Positions 18,611 to 26,636 of a stretch of DNA of 54,815 nucleotides are shown here, one piece after another. The notes under the pieces are model-generated. The model worked only from the letters and a program-made list of their open reading frames with translations, was not told the origin of the DNA and did no database searches. A program made the position numbers and the translations under genes. The first letter of the stretch is position 1. Each line of letters starts with the position of its first letter. Location: positions 1 through 54,815 of the IMG/VR virus record IMGVR_UViG_3300021494_000060. The stretch is one strand, 5' to 3'. The DNA comes from a virus (taxonomy: Duplodnaviria; Caudoviricetes).

Positions 18611-19690
18611 TTATTTCTTATCTTTATTCTTATTCTTATTTTTATCTTTATTCTTATCTTTCCGTTTCCTAATTTGATACAACTCCTCACTTACCGCACC
18701 ACTTTTAAATATCGGATAATATTCACAGCGGTACGGATGCTTACAAGCCCTAAAATTCTTCAGCCATGAATCATTATCAACTGTTACCCTCATGTCCTTG
18801 AACACATCACGGTATATCATACGAATCCTGTCCAGCGCAAACTCCGACTTGTAAAACTTTTTCCCAAATTCCCTCTCTTTCTTATTATACGCTGAAAAAT
18901 AATGTTTAGGTCTTTTCATTATATCTTTATACATTCTATTAGCATATCCTTCTATAGCCTCGTTCGGCTTAATCCTTAACATTGGAACACGGGTTACTTC
19001 CATGCTGACTCCTAACCAGTTTTTTCCCCGAGTTTCATCCAATAGATATGTTCCGGCCTGAAGCTCAATGTTTTCTTTCTCTAAAAAATCACCAGGTCGC
19101 GCCGACAGTTTCGTTTCCACGATATAATCAGGATATGCACGGTCTGCATAACCTATAACCAATTGCTCGCCTATATTAAAAAAAATCTGATACTGAAACT
19201 CTACAAATTCTTTTTTATACTCTTCGCAATATTTCCCGCGCATTCCGAGTTCCTGGAAAGCCATAATCAGTGCATGAACTTTAGCCAGATTTTCCTCATA
19301 CAGCAGTTCATGTTCCGGTATGTCAAAAACCCCTTCTATATCAGCCATATTCTGGAAATATCTATCCCATATGACTCCCATAAGCATAGCCTGAGATTTC
19401 TTCTCCGGCTTTACTTCCAGCCCGATTACATGCTTTAGCCAGAACTTATGCTTGCATTGGCAGTAATCCAGAATAGCTGAAACCGAAAGTGCCGGTAATC
19501 TGTACTGCATGTCTTTCACACACAGCCAGCGGTTTGGAAGCCCGCAGAGCCGGACAGCTTTAGAATCAGCTTTCTTGTTATATTTCAGCAGATGAATACA
19601 TCCCTTGCCGTTCTTTTTTTTTACCTGCTGAATGCAGTTTATGGTAGTACAGTTTATATCTGAATTTATATCTGAGTTTTCAATAGTCAT
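18611..19690 (-). CDS. PD-(D/E)xK Cas4-like / RecB-family exonuclease
   Basis: LSVSAILDYCQC, GYADR...IVETK, QAGTY, C-terminal C...C.Y. Confidence 0.8.
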   Translation of the reverse strand: MTIENSDINSDINCTTINCIQQVKKKNGKGCIHLLKYNKKADSKAVRLCGLPNRWLCVKDMQYRLPALSVSAILDYCQCKHKFWLKHVIGLEVKPEKKSQAMLMGVIWDRYFQNMADIEGVFDIPEHELLYEENLAKVHALIMAFQELGMRGKYCEEYKKEFVEFQYQIFFNIGEQLVIGYADRAYPDYIVETKLSARPGDFLEKENIELQAGTYLLDETRGKNWLGVSMEVTRVPMLRIKPNEAIEGYANRMYKDIMKRPKHYFSAYNKKEREFGKKFYKSEFALDRIRMIYRDVFKDMRVTVDNDSWLKNFRACKHPYRCEYYPIFKSGAVSEELYQIRKRKDKNKDKNKNKNKDKK

Positions 19691-19965
19691 TATGCAACCT
19701 GTCCATTAAATATCTGTCCATTAAACACCTGAAATTGTTTATAAAATTCTTCAATAAGCGATCTTTTGCTCTTTACATCCAGATCGATAACAAGATCAAG
19801 CACGCATTCTTCGCATAAGTTGATAACCAAACCGCCCACCCTTACAGCAACTACACTCTCCCGCCATTTGCAGGCATCGCATACCCTGAACTGCTCTGCC
19901 TCCTTAACTTCTATTACCGTCATTTTTGCCATCTTTGCCATCCCCATTTCCGTCAAAAGCCTCAA
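19690..19965 (-). CDS. Small Zn-finger protein
   Basis: CDAC...LCEEC; start codon uncertain. Confidence 0.55.
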   Translation of the reverse strand: MRLLTEMGMAKMAKMTVIEVKEAEQFRVCDACKWRESVVAVRVGGLVINLCEECVLDLVIDLDVKSKRSLIEEFYKQFQVFNGQIFNGQVA

Positions 19966-20164
19966 AGATTTTTTTCCAATCTGCCTTTGCCGGTTTTTTC
20001 AGGAAAATCTCAAACAATTTTCCTCTTAATTCAGCGTGCATATTCGTACGCCCGAGTATTTCCCCTTCGTCATAACCATCATCATAACCGGCGTCATAAC
20101 CTGCGTCATAACCTGCATCATAGCCATTATCATAGCCATCTGTTCCGTCTATTGCATATTTCAC
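19904..20164 (-). CDS. Hypothetical protein with GYDx repeats
   Basis: 12-bp tandem repeat encoding GYD(N/A/D/E) six times; start overlaps the stop of the Csx16-like gene. Confidence 0.6.
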   Translation of the reverse strand: MKYAIDGTDGYDNGYDAGYDAGYDAGYDDGYDEGEILGRTNMHAELRGKLFEIFLKKPAKADWKKIFEAFDGNGDGKDGKNDGNRS

Positions 20165-20451
20165 CTTTCACACCTCCTTACAATATAAGTTACTGGTTTT
20201 CCTGCGTATTTCCTAACATCTCCAGCCGTCAGTTCCTTGCCACGCAACTCAGCAGGCAATCGAAGCGGAACTTCAGTAAAACTCGCCGCCAGACAGGACA
20301 GGCTATGAGGCAAAACACCGATAACATGCCTGTTCGTAACGACTTCAGAGGTTGCGTGTGCGATCACCTCTACATTATCGCCTACAATTCCTTCTTCTTT
20401 CAGGTATTCCACTAACCCGTTATGCCGGGTTACTATTAATTTTTCCCCCAT
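20161..20451 (-). CDS. csx16: Csx16 (Cas_VVA1548)-like protein, putative cyclic oligoadenylate ring nuclease
   Basis: IVTRH.G.VEYL...VIAH...VIGVLP...L.LPAELRGKELT...Y.V follows the Csx16 motif order over its full 96 aa; AAGGAG RBS. Confidence 0.75.
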   Translation of the reverse strand: MGEKLIVTRHNGLVEYLKEEGIVGDNVEVIAHATSEVVTNRHVIGVLPHSLSCLAASFTEVPLRLPAELRGKELTAGDVRKYAGKPVTYIVRRCER

Positions 20452-20470
20452 TTTTTATCTCCTTTCTTTC

Positions 20471-20698
20471 CTATTCTATATTTTCGGCATGTAATAAAGT
20501 AAAGGAACGGTGTTTTATTTTTACGAATACTGCTCCTTTATCGTTATCGCTGATTTTTATTTTTTTTCTCTCACCTGGTTTTAATTGTATTGTTTCTGGG
20601 AAATTTGTTACCGTAACAGAAAACGTAGAAACGTTTTCTGTATTGTTTTGTATCCAAAACTCTGTTTTTTTGTCTGTTGTTATTGTTATTATTCTCAC
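20471..20698 (-). CDS. Small early hypothetical protein
   Basis: GTG start with AAGGA RBS directly after a repeat element. Confidence 0.6.
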   Translation of the reverse strand: MRIITITTDKKTEFWIQNNTENVSTFSVTVTNFPETIQLKPGERKKIKISDNDKGAVFVKIKHRSFTLLHAENIE

Positions 20699-20718
20699 TT
20701 TTTATTTCCTTTCTTTCC

Positions 20719-20806
20719 AATAAAAAAGGCGCACCTCACCTTTATAGTGAAATACGCCTTTGAGTTGACCGGTTTTATGACCAGTCGGTTCGGTGGCTAT
20801 TATTTT
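20719..20806 (-). ncRNA. Duplicated two-hairpin intergenic element, copy 2
   Basis: Near-identical to 21275-21358; stem changes are compensatory. Confidence 0.6.
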
Positions 20807-21018
20807 ACGTAAACAAAATGGCGGTGTTCCAATATTACACAGAACGCCGTCTTTTTCTGCATTTCTATTTTTCTAATCTCATACGGCTCTAACCGTATGA
20901 GATCGTTTTCTTTCTTTCGAGCCGCTATAGTTGCGACTCGAATAGTGGCGTAGCTTTCTGAGTCATTGCAGGCCCAAAAAAAAATTTTCTTTTCCCCAAA
21001 CATTATTGTTTTCTCCAT
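20800..21018 (-). CDS. Small early hypothetical protein
   Basis: AAGGAG RBS; 72 aa. Confidence 0.65.
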   Translation of the reverse strand: MEKTIMFGEKKIFFWACNDSESYATIRVATIAARKKENDLIRLEPYEIRKIEMQKKTAFCVILEHRHFVYVK

Positions 21019-21032
21019 ATTTCTCTCCTTTC

Positions 21033-21260
21033 TTAGACGCCTAAAAGACGCCCTATCTCTTCTAATGTATCAATGTCCGTGCACTTGTTGAACATATCAC
21101 GGATCTGCCTCTTTCTTTTCGCCACGCTGACGCCGTGGCGCACCTCTACTTTTGATATCCCGACGCCACGTCTAAAAAGGGCTAAGGCATCTGAGTCGAG
21201 GTGGTCGGAGCGACAGTGCGCCCCGTCGTCGAACTCAACGAATATGTAGCTGTTTTTCAT
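21033..21260 (-). CDS. Small early hypothetical protein
   Basis: AAGGA RBS; 75 aa. Confidence 0.65.
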   Translation of the reverse strand: MKNSYIFVEFDDGAHCRSDHLDSDALALFRRGVGISKVEVRHGVSVAKRKRQIRDMFNKCTDIDTLEEIGRLLGV

Positions 21261-21274
21261 TTTTTCTTCCTTCT

Positions 21275-21358
21275 AATAAAAAGGCGCACCTCACCTTAGT
21301 GAGATACGCCTTTGAGTTGACCGTCTTTAGTGACGGCCGGTTCAGTGGCTATTATTTT
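21275..21358 (-). ncRNA. Duplicated two-hairpin intergenic element, copy 1
   Basis: GGCCGTC-ACTAAA-GACGGTC then AAAGGCGTATCTCAC-TAAG-GTGAGGTGCGCCTTT plus a U-tract. Confidence 0.6.
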
Positions 21359-21600
21359 TTTTTATGACGGATACCATCAAACTCCGTGACGCACCCATCG
21401 CTGGTACAGTGCCCCCAACGCCCCTTGAGCTCCCATCTGCAAAAGGTGGAAGTTGAGCCCGGAGCCAGCTTAAAAAAGTCATCTTTTTTCAAGGTGATTT
21501 CGTCGCCCAAAACCCTGTCAAGGCTTCGGGCGGCTACCGCCGCCAGTTTCGGCTCGATATGAGAATCGACCCAAAAATCATTAATGCTAAAGTTTTTCAT
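21352..21600 (-). CDS. Small early hypothetical protein
   Basis: AAGGAGG RBS before ATG 21600 (MKNFSIND...), shorter than the track call. Confidence 0.65.
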   Translation of the reverse strand: MKNFSINDFWVDSHIEPKLAAVAARSLDRVLGDEITLKKDDFFKLAPGSTSTFCRWELKGRWGHCTSDGCVTEFDGIRHKKK

Positions 21601-21841
21601 TTTCTTACCTCCTTTTTTTATGCAGTGCAACATGACATGCCCTGCACAGAATTTGTAAGTTTTCCGGTGTCGTCTTTCCACCTTCTGACACCGGAATTAT
21701 ATGGTGTGGCTCAGCACTGATCATCGTCAGTGCGACGCCACACCGCGAGCAGGCATAACCCGCCCCGCATTTTTTTCTCCTTTTTTTGCTCCGGCTTAGG
21801 GCTGTTTTTACCCTCCGGTGACCGGAGGGGTGAATCGGCCA

Positions 21842-22069
21842 CTATTCAAATAGCGGTCTTAACTCTCTGTAACCTATATCGCCAGGGAAAAACCTGGCGA
21901 TATGACCATTCCTGACCCTGCGCTCTCCCAGGTCGGACAAAACCGATCTGGGTGCAGGTATGTCTGTTTTTTGGGTGCTTACCTCAATACAGCTCGAACC
22001 CCACCTTGTATCTGGATGGTCGGGTTCAAAAGTCGTCAGTCTGGCATAAATTTCTTTTTCTTTTTCCAT
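21842..22069 (-). CDS. First early hypothetical protein
   Basis: AAGGAG / GAGGG RBS; 75 aa. Confidence 0.6.
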   Translation of the reverse strand: MEKEKEIYARLTTFEPDHPDTRWGSSCIEVSTQKTDIPAPRSVLSDLGERRVRNGHIARFFPGDIGYRELRPLFE

Positions 22070-22160
22070 TTTTTCCCTCTCCTTTCTTTTGTCGAACTGC
22101 CGAGTTTTCCTCGACAGTTCTTTTTATTGTTATTTTTTTTCGCTTTTTAGTTATCTATAT

Positions 22161-22177
22161 TGCACACCCTGTGCCAA
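22161..22177 (-). promoter_or_regulatory. Sigma54-type (-24/-12) promoter for the leftward early arm
   Basis: Minus strand TTGGCAC-AGGGT-GTGCA fits TGGCAC-N5-TTGC(A/T) with correct GG-to-GC spacing, about 90 bp before the first early gene. Confidence 0.6.
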
Positions 22178-22453
22178 ACCCAACTTTCCCGCCAAACATT
22201 ATAACCATACCATATATTGATTTTTCCTGCTTTCCACCACAAGAAAAAAAACATTTAAAGCCAGTCATTTCGGCGTTTTTGAAGCCAAACATACTTAAAC
22301 TATTGTATTTATTATAAAAAACACCATTTAAAAAAATTAGACAAAAATACAAAACAAGACATTTCCGCTGGTTTTGTCCTTGCCTACCGGCCGGCAGGTA
22401 TCTAAACTTTTGTGTTCTTGAACTTTTTTTATTTTTTTTTCTTGACTTTTTCA

Positions 22454-22521
22454 GAATATTAACGAATATTAAAGAATAATGAAGAATATTAACGAATATT
22501 AACGAATAATAGCGAATAATA
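22454..22521. repeat. Seven degenerate 10-bp tandem repeats (GAATATTAAC) upstream of terS
   Basis: GAATATTAAC GAATATTAAA GAATAATGAA GAATATTAAC GAATATTAAC GAATAATAGC GAATAATA. Confidence 0.85.
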
Positions 22522-22541
22522 TCAGGTATATAAAAAAAATA

Positions 22542-23009
22542 ATGAAAGAGAATAAATTAGATAAATTGCGGAAAAAGCGGGAAAAAGACGAAAAATATAG
22601 AAAAATGATAGCTTTAAAACGTCAGAAGATATTAGATTATTTCACCAATCCTGATAATCCGCCGATAACACGCTGTGAGCTTTCTACGAAAATTCTTGGA
22701 TATACCCATGAGAATACCATATACCGCTTTTTTTCGCCTGAAGATATTGATGCTATCGAATGGGAAGCGCTCGATATAAAGCGCAGAAGATATGCGAAAG
22801 AATTGATGCAGGTTGATGCAGCCGTGCTGAAAAGAGCCGCCAAAGGCGACCCTAAAGCGGCGAAATTAGCGTACCAGAGATTTGAAAATTGGGGCGAAAA
22901 AAAGTATAACGAACATACAGGAAAGGACGGAAAACCGCTGTTTCCTGAGCTTACAGACGATCTAATGGAAAGAATTAGAACGCTTGCCGGCATTGATTCT
23001 GATAAATAA
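22542..23009 (+). CDS. terS: Terminase small subunit
   Basis: HTH-like region, KRAAKGDPKAAKLAYQ and EHTGKDGKPL motifs; directly upstream of terL. Confidence 0.75.
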   Translation: MKENKLDKLRKKREKDEKYRKMIALKRQKILDYFTNPDNPPITRCELSTKILGYTHENTIYRFFSPEDIDAIEWEALDIKRRRYAKELMQVDAAVLKRAAKGDPKAAKLAYQRFENWGEKKYNEHTGKDGKPLFPELTDDLMERIRTLAGIDSDK

Positions 23010-23040
23010 GATGTAAAGCCTGTAAAAATCAATAAAAGCC

Positions 23041-24561
23041 ATGAGAGGCCGTATGAGACACCGCATTAGAGCTCATAAGGAGTATTTTGAGCTGCTTTCT
23101 GAAGCCAAACGATATAATTGCTATAATACAGCGAAAAGGGAACTCTGTTTGCATGATCTCTTTTTTTTGATGGTGTATATGCTCCGGCGGCCGGATGTAG
23201 ACAGAGATTGGTTATACGATAGATGCAGGGAAGTTCAAGCCGCACCTGATTTTCATTTAGATCTCTGGGCTCGGGCGCATTGGAAGTCTTCAATTATTAC
23301 TTTCGGTCTAACTATTCAGGATATTCTGAAAAATCCTGAAATCACTATCGGTCTTTTTTCGTTCACCCGTCCTGCGGCAAAAACATTTCTCCGTCAGATT
23401 AAACTTGAATTTGAAACTAACGAAGATTTAAAAACATTATTTCCCGACATTTTATATCACAATCCGAAAAGAGAATCCCCCAAATGGTCTGAAGATGAAG
23501 GAATCATTGTCCGCCGGCAGGGAAACCCAAAAGAAGCCACGATAGAAGCATCAGGGCTCATAGATGGCATGCCGACAGGCCGGCATTATAATCTTCGTAT
23601 ATATGATGATATCATTACTGAGAAATCGGTAACTACGCCCGAAATGATACGAAAGGTGAATACAGCATGGGAACTGTCGCAGAATCTTGGCTCTGAAAAT
23701 GGAATTATGCGGGTGGTCGGCACTCGGTATCATTTCGCTGATACCTATCACCTTATAAAAAAGCGTAAAACTCTGACTCCACGTGAGCATCCTGCTACAG
23801 AAGACGGCACAGCGAAAGGAAAACCAGTCCTGCTCGATCCTGAATCCTTAGCGAAAAAACGCAGAGATCAGGGATTATACACCTTCTCCTGCCAGATGCT
23901 GCTTAATCCTGTGGCTGATGAAGCACAGGAACTAAAACCTGAATGGATACGATATTGGCCTGCTGAACATTGGGAAAACCTGAACCTTTATCTTTTTTGC
24001 GATCCTGCCGGCTCGAAAAAGAAGGGCAGTGATTACACGGTCTTCATCATTATCGGACTGGGTGAAGATCATAACTATTATATAGTTGACTGGGAACGGG
24101 ACAGACTGAATCTCGTAGAACGTGCTGATGTTCTTTTTTCATTGCACCGGAAATATTTGCCGATAGGTGTATATTACGAAAAATATGGAAAAGATTCTGA
24201 TATAGAGCATTACCAGGATAGAATGAACAGGGAAAATTACAGGTTTGATATCAGGGAAGTCGGCGGTACAATATCGAAAGAAGACCGGATACGAAAGCTT
24301 ATACCGCTTTTTGAGCAGGGAAGATTTTTTATTCCTGCTGTTAGTATGAAAAAAAACTCGGGAAGCAGGCTTGAGAATCTGACAGAAATATTTGTAGAAG
24401 AAGAATACAAACTGTTCCCCTTTTCAATACATGACGATATGTTGGATTGTGCCGCAAGAATTCTTGATACGAAAACATCTGCTGCGTTTCCGCAGTCCGT
24501 TGTAAATCCAAATGACATAATTCCAGGCTCGTCCAGCACTGCCGTATCAGGATGGAAGTAA
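23041..24561 (+). CDS. terL: Terminase large subunit
   Basis: ARAHWKSS Walker A variant, TGRHY...IYDD, GTRYH, CDPA...SDYT, HDDMLD nuclease motifs. Confidence 0.92.
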   Translation: MRGRMRHRIRAHKEYFELLSEAKRYNCYNTAKRELCLHDLFFLMVYMLRRPDVDRDWLYDRCREVQAAPDFHLDLWARAHWKSSIITFGLTIQDILKNPEITIGLFSFTRPAAKTFLRQIKLEFETNEDLKTLFPDILYHNPKRESPKWSEDEGIIVRRQGNPKEATIEASGLIDGMPTGRHYNLRIYDDIITEKSVTTPEMIRKVNTAWELSQNLGSENGIMRVVGTRYHFADTYHLIKKRKTLTPREHPATEDGTAKGKPVLLDPESLAKKRRDQGLYTFSCQMLLNPVADEAQELKPEWIRYWPAEHWENLNLYLFCDPAGSKKKGSDYTVFIIIGLGEDHNYYIVDWERDRLNLVERADVLFSLHRKYLPIGVYYEKYGKDSDIEHYQDRMNRENYRFDIREVGGTISKEDRIRKLIPLFEQGRFFIPAVSMKKNSGSRLENLTEIFVEEEYKLFPFSIHDDMLDCAARILDTKTSAAFPQSVVNPNDIIPGSSSTAVSGWK

Positions 24562-24570
24562 ATATTATAT

Positions 24571-26520
24571 ATGACTACGAATGATAAAGAAAAAAAAATA
24601 TTGGAATCAATGCGAAAGCGCCTCGATGCTTCAATTTCTGCTGAAGCTGACGAAAGAGAAAAAGGAACGAACGATCTCAAGTTTATCAACGGCGATCAAT
24701 GGGAACAGTCTGTTATTCAGCAGAGAGGAAAAGGCAGGCTATGCTTGACAATCAATAAACTTCCGACCTTTCTTGATCAAATTGACGGCGATATGCGTCT
24801 CAATACTCCTGGTATTTCAGTGAATGGCGTAGATGATCACGATGACCCAGATACCGCTGATGTCATAGAAGGTCTGGTTCGTTATATCCAGCGTAATTCC
24901 GGCGCTGACAGGATTCATTCATACGCCGGTATTCATGCTGCTGCCGGTGGACGTGGAGCATGGCGGATTCTGACCGATTATATTGACGACGCCGGATTTG
25001 AACAGGAAATCAGGATCAAAAGAATAATCAATCCATATTCTGTGTATTTCGACCCCGCTGCTGAAGACGATAACAAACAGGACGGACAGTATTTTTTCAT
25101 TGTTACTGATATGTCGCGGGATGAATATCGAAATCAGTACAATTTTGAGCCGGTCGATTATGAAACTGACGGCAAGGAACTTGCCAACTGGCAGACTGAA
25201 ACTACTGTAAGAGTTGCTGAATATTTCTGGAAAGAAAAAACAGGTACGAAAACACTATACCAGCTTGAAAACGGCGATGTAGTTGAAGAAAAACCGAAAA
25301 AATACCAGAAAAAAAGAGCAGTGCCCATATACGAAATCAGATGGGCAAAGGTCGATGGAAAACGGATATTAGACGAAGGCAAGATCCCGGGCACAATGTT
25401 CCCAATTGTTTTATGCTGGGGGAAGCAGCTTTGTGTTGACGGAAAAATTGAATCCAGAGGCATTGCACGGCATGCTAAAGACGCTGTGAAAATGTATAAC
25501 TATTTCCGGTCTAATGATGCCGAAAGTGCAGCGTTGCAGCCGAAACAGCCATATCTGATGCCCGATAGCTGTCTCGGAGCGTACAAAGAAGTCTGGGATA
25601 AGGCCAATGATGAAAACTATCCATATCTGCCTTATAAAGTTGATGCAAACTTTCCCAACCTGCGTCCTATACGTGAAAGACCGCCGGTTTCTTCAGCAGG
25701 CAATCAAGCACAAATAGCAATTGCCGATAGCGAAATGAAAGATACTATTGGTATCCAAGAGGCAGGTTTAGGGCAAAGAAGCAATGAAACATCAGGGGTT
25801 GCCATTCAAAAAAGAAAGCAGGAATCGGATACAGGCATGTTCGCTTTTATCGACAATCTTGCGGCTGCCATAGAAACCGAAGCCAAGATTATATTATCAA
25901 TGATTCCTGAAATTTACGATTACAAAAAAAAGCTCCGTATTCTCGGAAAAGATATGAAGGAAAAAATAGTATCTGTTAATGATGGAGCAGGCGTTGATCT
26001 GACTACGGGGAAATATGATGTATCAATTTCAATAGAAGGCTCATATTCTACACAGAGAGAAGAGTTTCAGAAAAAAATAGAAACGCTTCTTCCGCACCTG
26101 AATCCTGAACAGATTGGAGTAATAGCTCATAAATTATTTGAAATGCAGGACGTGCATGGATTCAATGATATCGCTGAAATCCTGAAAAAATTGCTACCGC
26201 CTGAATTTCAGGATAGCACAGATAATCTTGATGAAGAAAGTGAAATGGCTGTTGAATCTGCTGGGTTATCATCTGAACAATTATTACCTGAACAGCAGGC
26301 CGCACAGGCACAGGCACAGGCACAGGCACAACAGATGCAGATGCAGCAGCAACTAACATTGGAACTTGAACAAATCAAGCTTGAACAGGAAAAAGAAAAA
26401 CTAAAAGGCATTCAACTTGACAATGCCTTAAAAGAAAAAACCAAGAAAGAAGAAGTCAAGGCAATATTGGCAGAAATGGCAGAAGAAGAACGAAACGCTG
26501 TATTAGCGGCGGCAGAATAA
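24571..26520 (+). CDS. P22-like portal protein
   Basis: FINGDQW, LTINKL, NETSGVAIQKR, GKYDV motifs; Q-rich C-terminal barrel. Confidence 0.9.
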   Translation: MTTNDKEKKILESMRKRLDASISAEADEREKGTNDLKFINGDQWEQSVIQQRGKGRLCLTINKLPTFLDQIDGDMRLNTPGISVNGVDDHDDPDTADVIEGLVRYIQRNSGADRIHSYAGIHAAAGGRGAWRILTDYIDDAGFEQEIRIKRIINPYSVYFDPAAEDDNKQDGQYFFIVTDMSRDEYRNQYNFEPVDYETDGKELANWQTETTVRVAEYFWKEKTGTKTLYQLENGDVVEEKPKKYQKKRAVPIYEIRWAKVDGKRILDEGKIPGTMFPIVLCWGKQLCVDGKIESRGIARHAKDAVKMYNYFRSNDAESAALQPKQPYLMPDSCLGAYKEVWDKANDENYPYLPYKVDANFPNLRPIRERPPVSSAGNQAQIAIADSEMKDTIGIQEAGLGQRSNETSGVAIQKRKQESDTGMFAFIDNLAAAIETEAKIILSMIPEIYDYKKKLRILGKDMKEKIVSVNDGAGVDLTTGKYDVSISIEGSYSTQREEFQKKIETLLPHLNPEQIGVIAHKLFEMQDVHGFNDIAEILKKLLPPEFQDSTDNLDEESEMAVESAGLSSEQLLPEQQAAQAQAQAQAQQMQMQQQLTLELEQIKLEQEKEKLKGIQLDNALKEKTKKEEVKAILAEMAEEERNAVLAAAE

Positions 26521-26622
26521 ATAGGGTGTAAACACCCTATAACCCAATAGGGGCGCTGCCCCTATAACCCCAATACTGGTGGAAAGGCCAGGCAATAGGG
26601 GGTAGTCCCCCTAAAACCCCCA
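26521..26622. repeat. Dispersed hairpin element, three units between portal and scaffold
   Basis: TAGGGTGTAAACACCCTATAACCC; TAGGGGCGCTGCCCCTATAACCCC; TAGGGGGTAGTCCCCCTAAAACCCC. Confidence 0.9.
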
Positions 26623-26636
26623 TAGGAGACCAAAAA

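Noticed and set aside
18611-19690. Cas4 as part of a CRISPR-Cas locus with csx16
   Set aside because: It sits in the usual phage Sak4/SSB/exonuclease recombination module; no cas1, cas10 or array is present.
20719-21358. Integron attC sites or solitary CRISPR repeats (RNA anti-CRISPRs)
   Set aside because: No RYYYAAC...GTTRRRY pair, no integrase, and no recognisable CRISPR repeat consensus by eye; a database comparison is still worthwhile.
21700-21745. Hammerhead ribozyme (CTGACGA on the minus strand)
   Set aside because: The motif is buried in a stem and is not followed by a stem II plus GAAA core.
22155-22352. 65-aa minus-strand ORF
   Set aside because: No RBS, overlaps the promoter region and has a non-protein-like composition.
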